NCBI GenBank assembly: GCA_036172245.1
Contig: JAYWIR010000011.1
Coordinates: 2,666,001 to 2,730,000 of the forward strand
Source of the DNA: Raillietiella orientalis
Lineage: Eukaryota
Length of the DNA stretch: 64,000 nt
Reading direction: 5' to 3'
Every line of letters begins with the position of its first letter. The first letter of the stretch is position 1. Shown piece after piece: positions 62,930 to 64,000 of this stretch. The notes below the pieces were generated by a model. The model ran no database searches. It was not told the origin of the DNA and saw only the letters and a program-made list of their open reading frames with translations. The translations under genes were made by a program, and so were the position numbers.

Positions 62930-63635
62930 TGTCCTTGGTTCGCCAAGGATGAAGAACCGCTCGGAAGGAGATAAGAGCACATGAAGCTCTTTAGCACCGT
63001 CCACGCCACCAGGCGCTACTCTTCAAGTCAGGGAGCCATCCCGGGGGGACCACCTGATGAATCCAGCAAGAGCTCCGGAGGAAAAACTCCGTGCCTTCCA
63101 CGCTTGTTAGGGGAACCCTAAATTCAACCTCTTCCTTGTTCTCTCCGGAGAGACCCCCCGGTTTGTGGGGGCCACTCCTGGAATTTTTTCTTCGGAGGAA
63201 ACCCGGAAAGAATCCGCTCCTCGTTTTCTCCTCCTCTGAAGAACTTCGAAGGGCCGCTTCCCGATTTTTCTGGAGGGCGCTGTCCAAAGGGAGCAGCGTG
63301 CTTCTTGGACACTCTGGAGAGGCAACGACCAGCTCCATGGGACGCGATGGATGATCTCCATCTTCAGATCCGGAGAAGGTGAAAGCCCCGAAGAGAACCG
63401 GCTCCTTGGTTCGTGGAAGAACCCCGGAGCCAGTCAACGGGGGCATTCGGCTTCCACCGGTGCCGCACCCAAAGCGTATAAGGTCAACCAGCGTCATCCT
63501 GCAGGGAGAGGGACAAGAAACCCACGGAGCACCCCCGTTCTCGGGGCGTCGATTCTTCCCCGGGCGGGATTCGGACCCGCGAGCACTCGTTGCCACGCAC
63601 AAAGACAGCAGCCGCACGGCCGCCCACGGGTGAGA
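62930..63635 (-). mobile_element. Composite tRNA-headed retro-repeat, copy 4
   Basis: The minus strand reads CCGTGCGGCTGCTGTCTTTG...CGCGGGTCCGAATCCCGCCCGGGGAAG, TTCGGGTGCGGCAC-like, CTCCGGAGAGAACAAGGAAGAGGTT, CTGGATTCAT and GGTGGCGTGGACGGTGCTAAAGAGCTTC, all collinear with copy 1. Confidence 0.8.
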
Positions 63636-64000
63636 GCGCGCGAGAACGCTTGAAAAGGCACGGGGAAGATGGCGGTCCTCCTTTAGAGACGCCAGGAGGA
63701 CTTCAGAATGAAGACATCGAACGAGTAACATGATTCGGTGCAGAAGTTGATCACCATCGTTACGGGACAGATCAAACGTTTCAGTGGACCGTTCCGTATC
63801 AGCATTTTCTCTCCTCCCGGGTCGGGACGTTGCTTCCGAAAAGCCCTTACTGCGTCGTAGTTCCCTCTGCCGAACGAGGAAGGGGAGGAGGAGGATCGAG
63901 ATGCAATCCCTTATTGAAACGGGAGATGGTATGGGAGAAAATGGAAGAGAGGGAAGGGTCCGCTGCTCCTCGGAGCGCCTCCTCCGTTCAATACCACCCG

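Overview
Eukaryotic animal genomic DNA, probably arthropod given the Sidestep-family gene and very short introns. I see no prokaryotic features and no CRISPR array. Four protein-coding genes are supported: an intronless Frizzled-5/8 (Dfz2-type) receptor (+, 17272-18981); a 7-exon RIN/Sprint SH2-VPS9-RA Rab5 GEF (-, 24602-27493); a 5-exon mitochondrial protein-only RNase P, PRORP/MRPP3 (-, 40859-42879), with introns of 41-70 nt; and the 3' half of a Sidestep/nephrin-like Ig-FN3-TM gene (-, 53537-60548). The rest is intergenic or intronic DNA with microsatellites, several heavily decayed L1/Tx1-like LINE ORF2 remnants and five copies of one composite repeat. That repeat has a tRNA-like head with a B box, a body with internal ~25-40 nt subrepeats, a conserved hairpin and A-rich linker, and in most copies a tail resembling the zf-RVT C-terminus of a LINE ORF2. 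Two copies share an essentially identical inverted 589-bp core that brackets the whole Sprint coding region, although their tails are strongly diverged. All alignments were done by eye and need computational confirmation.
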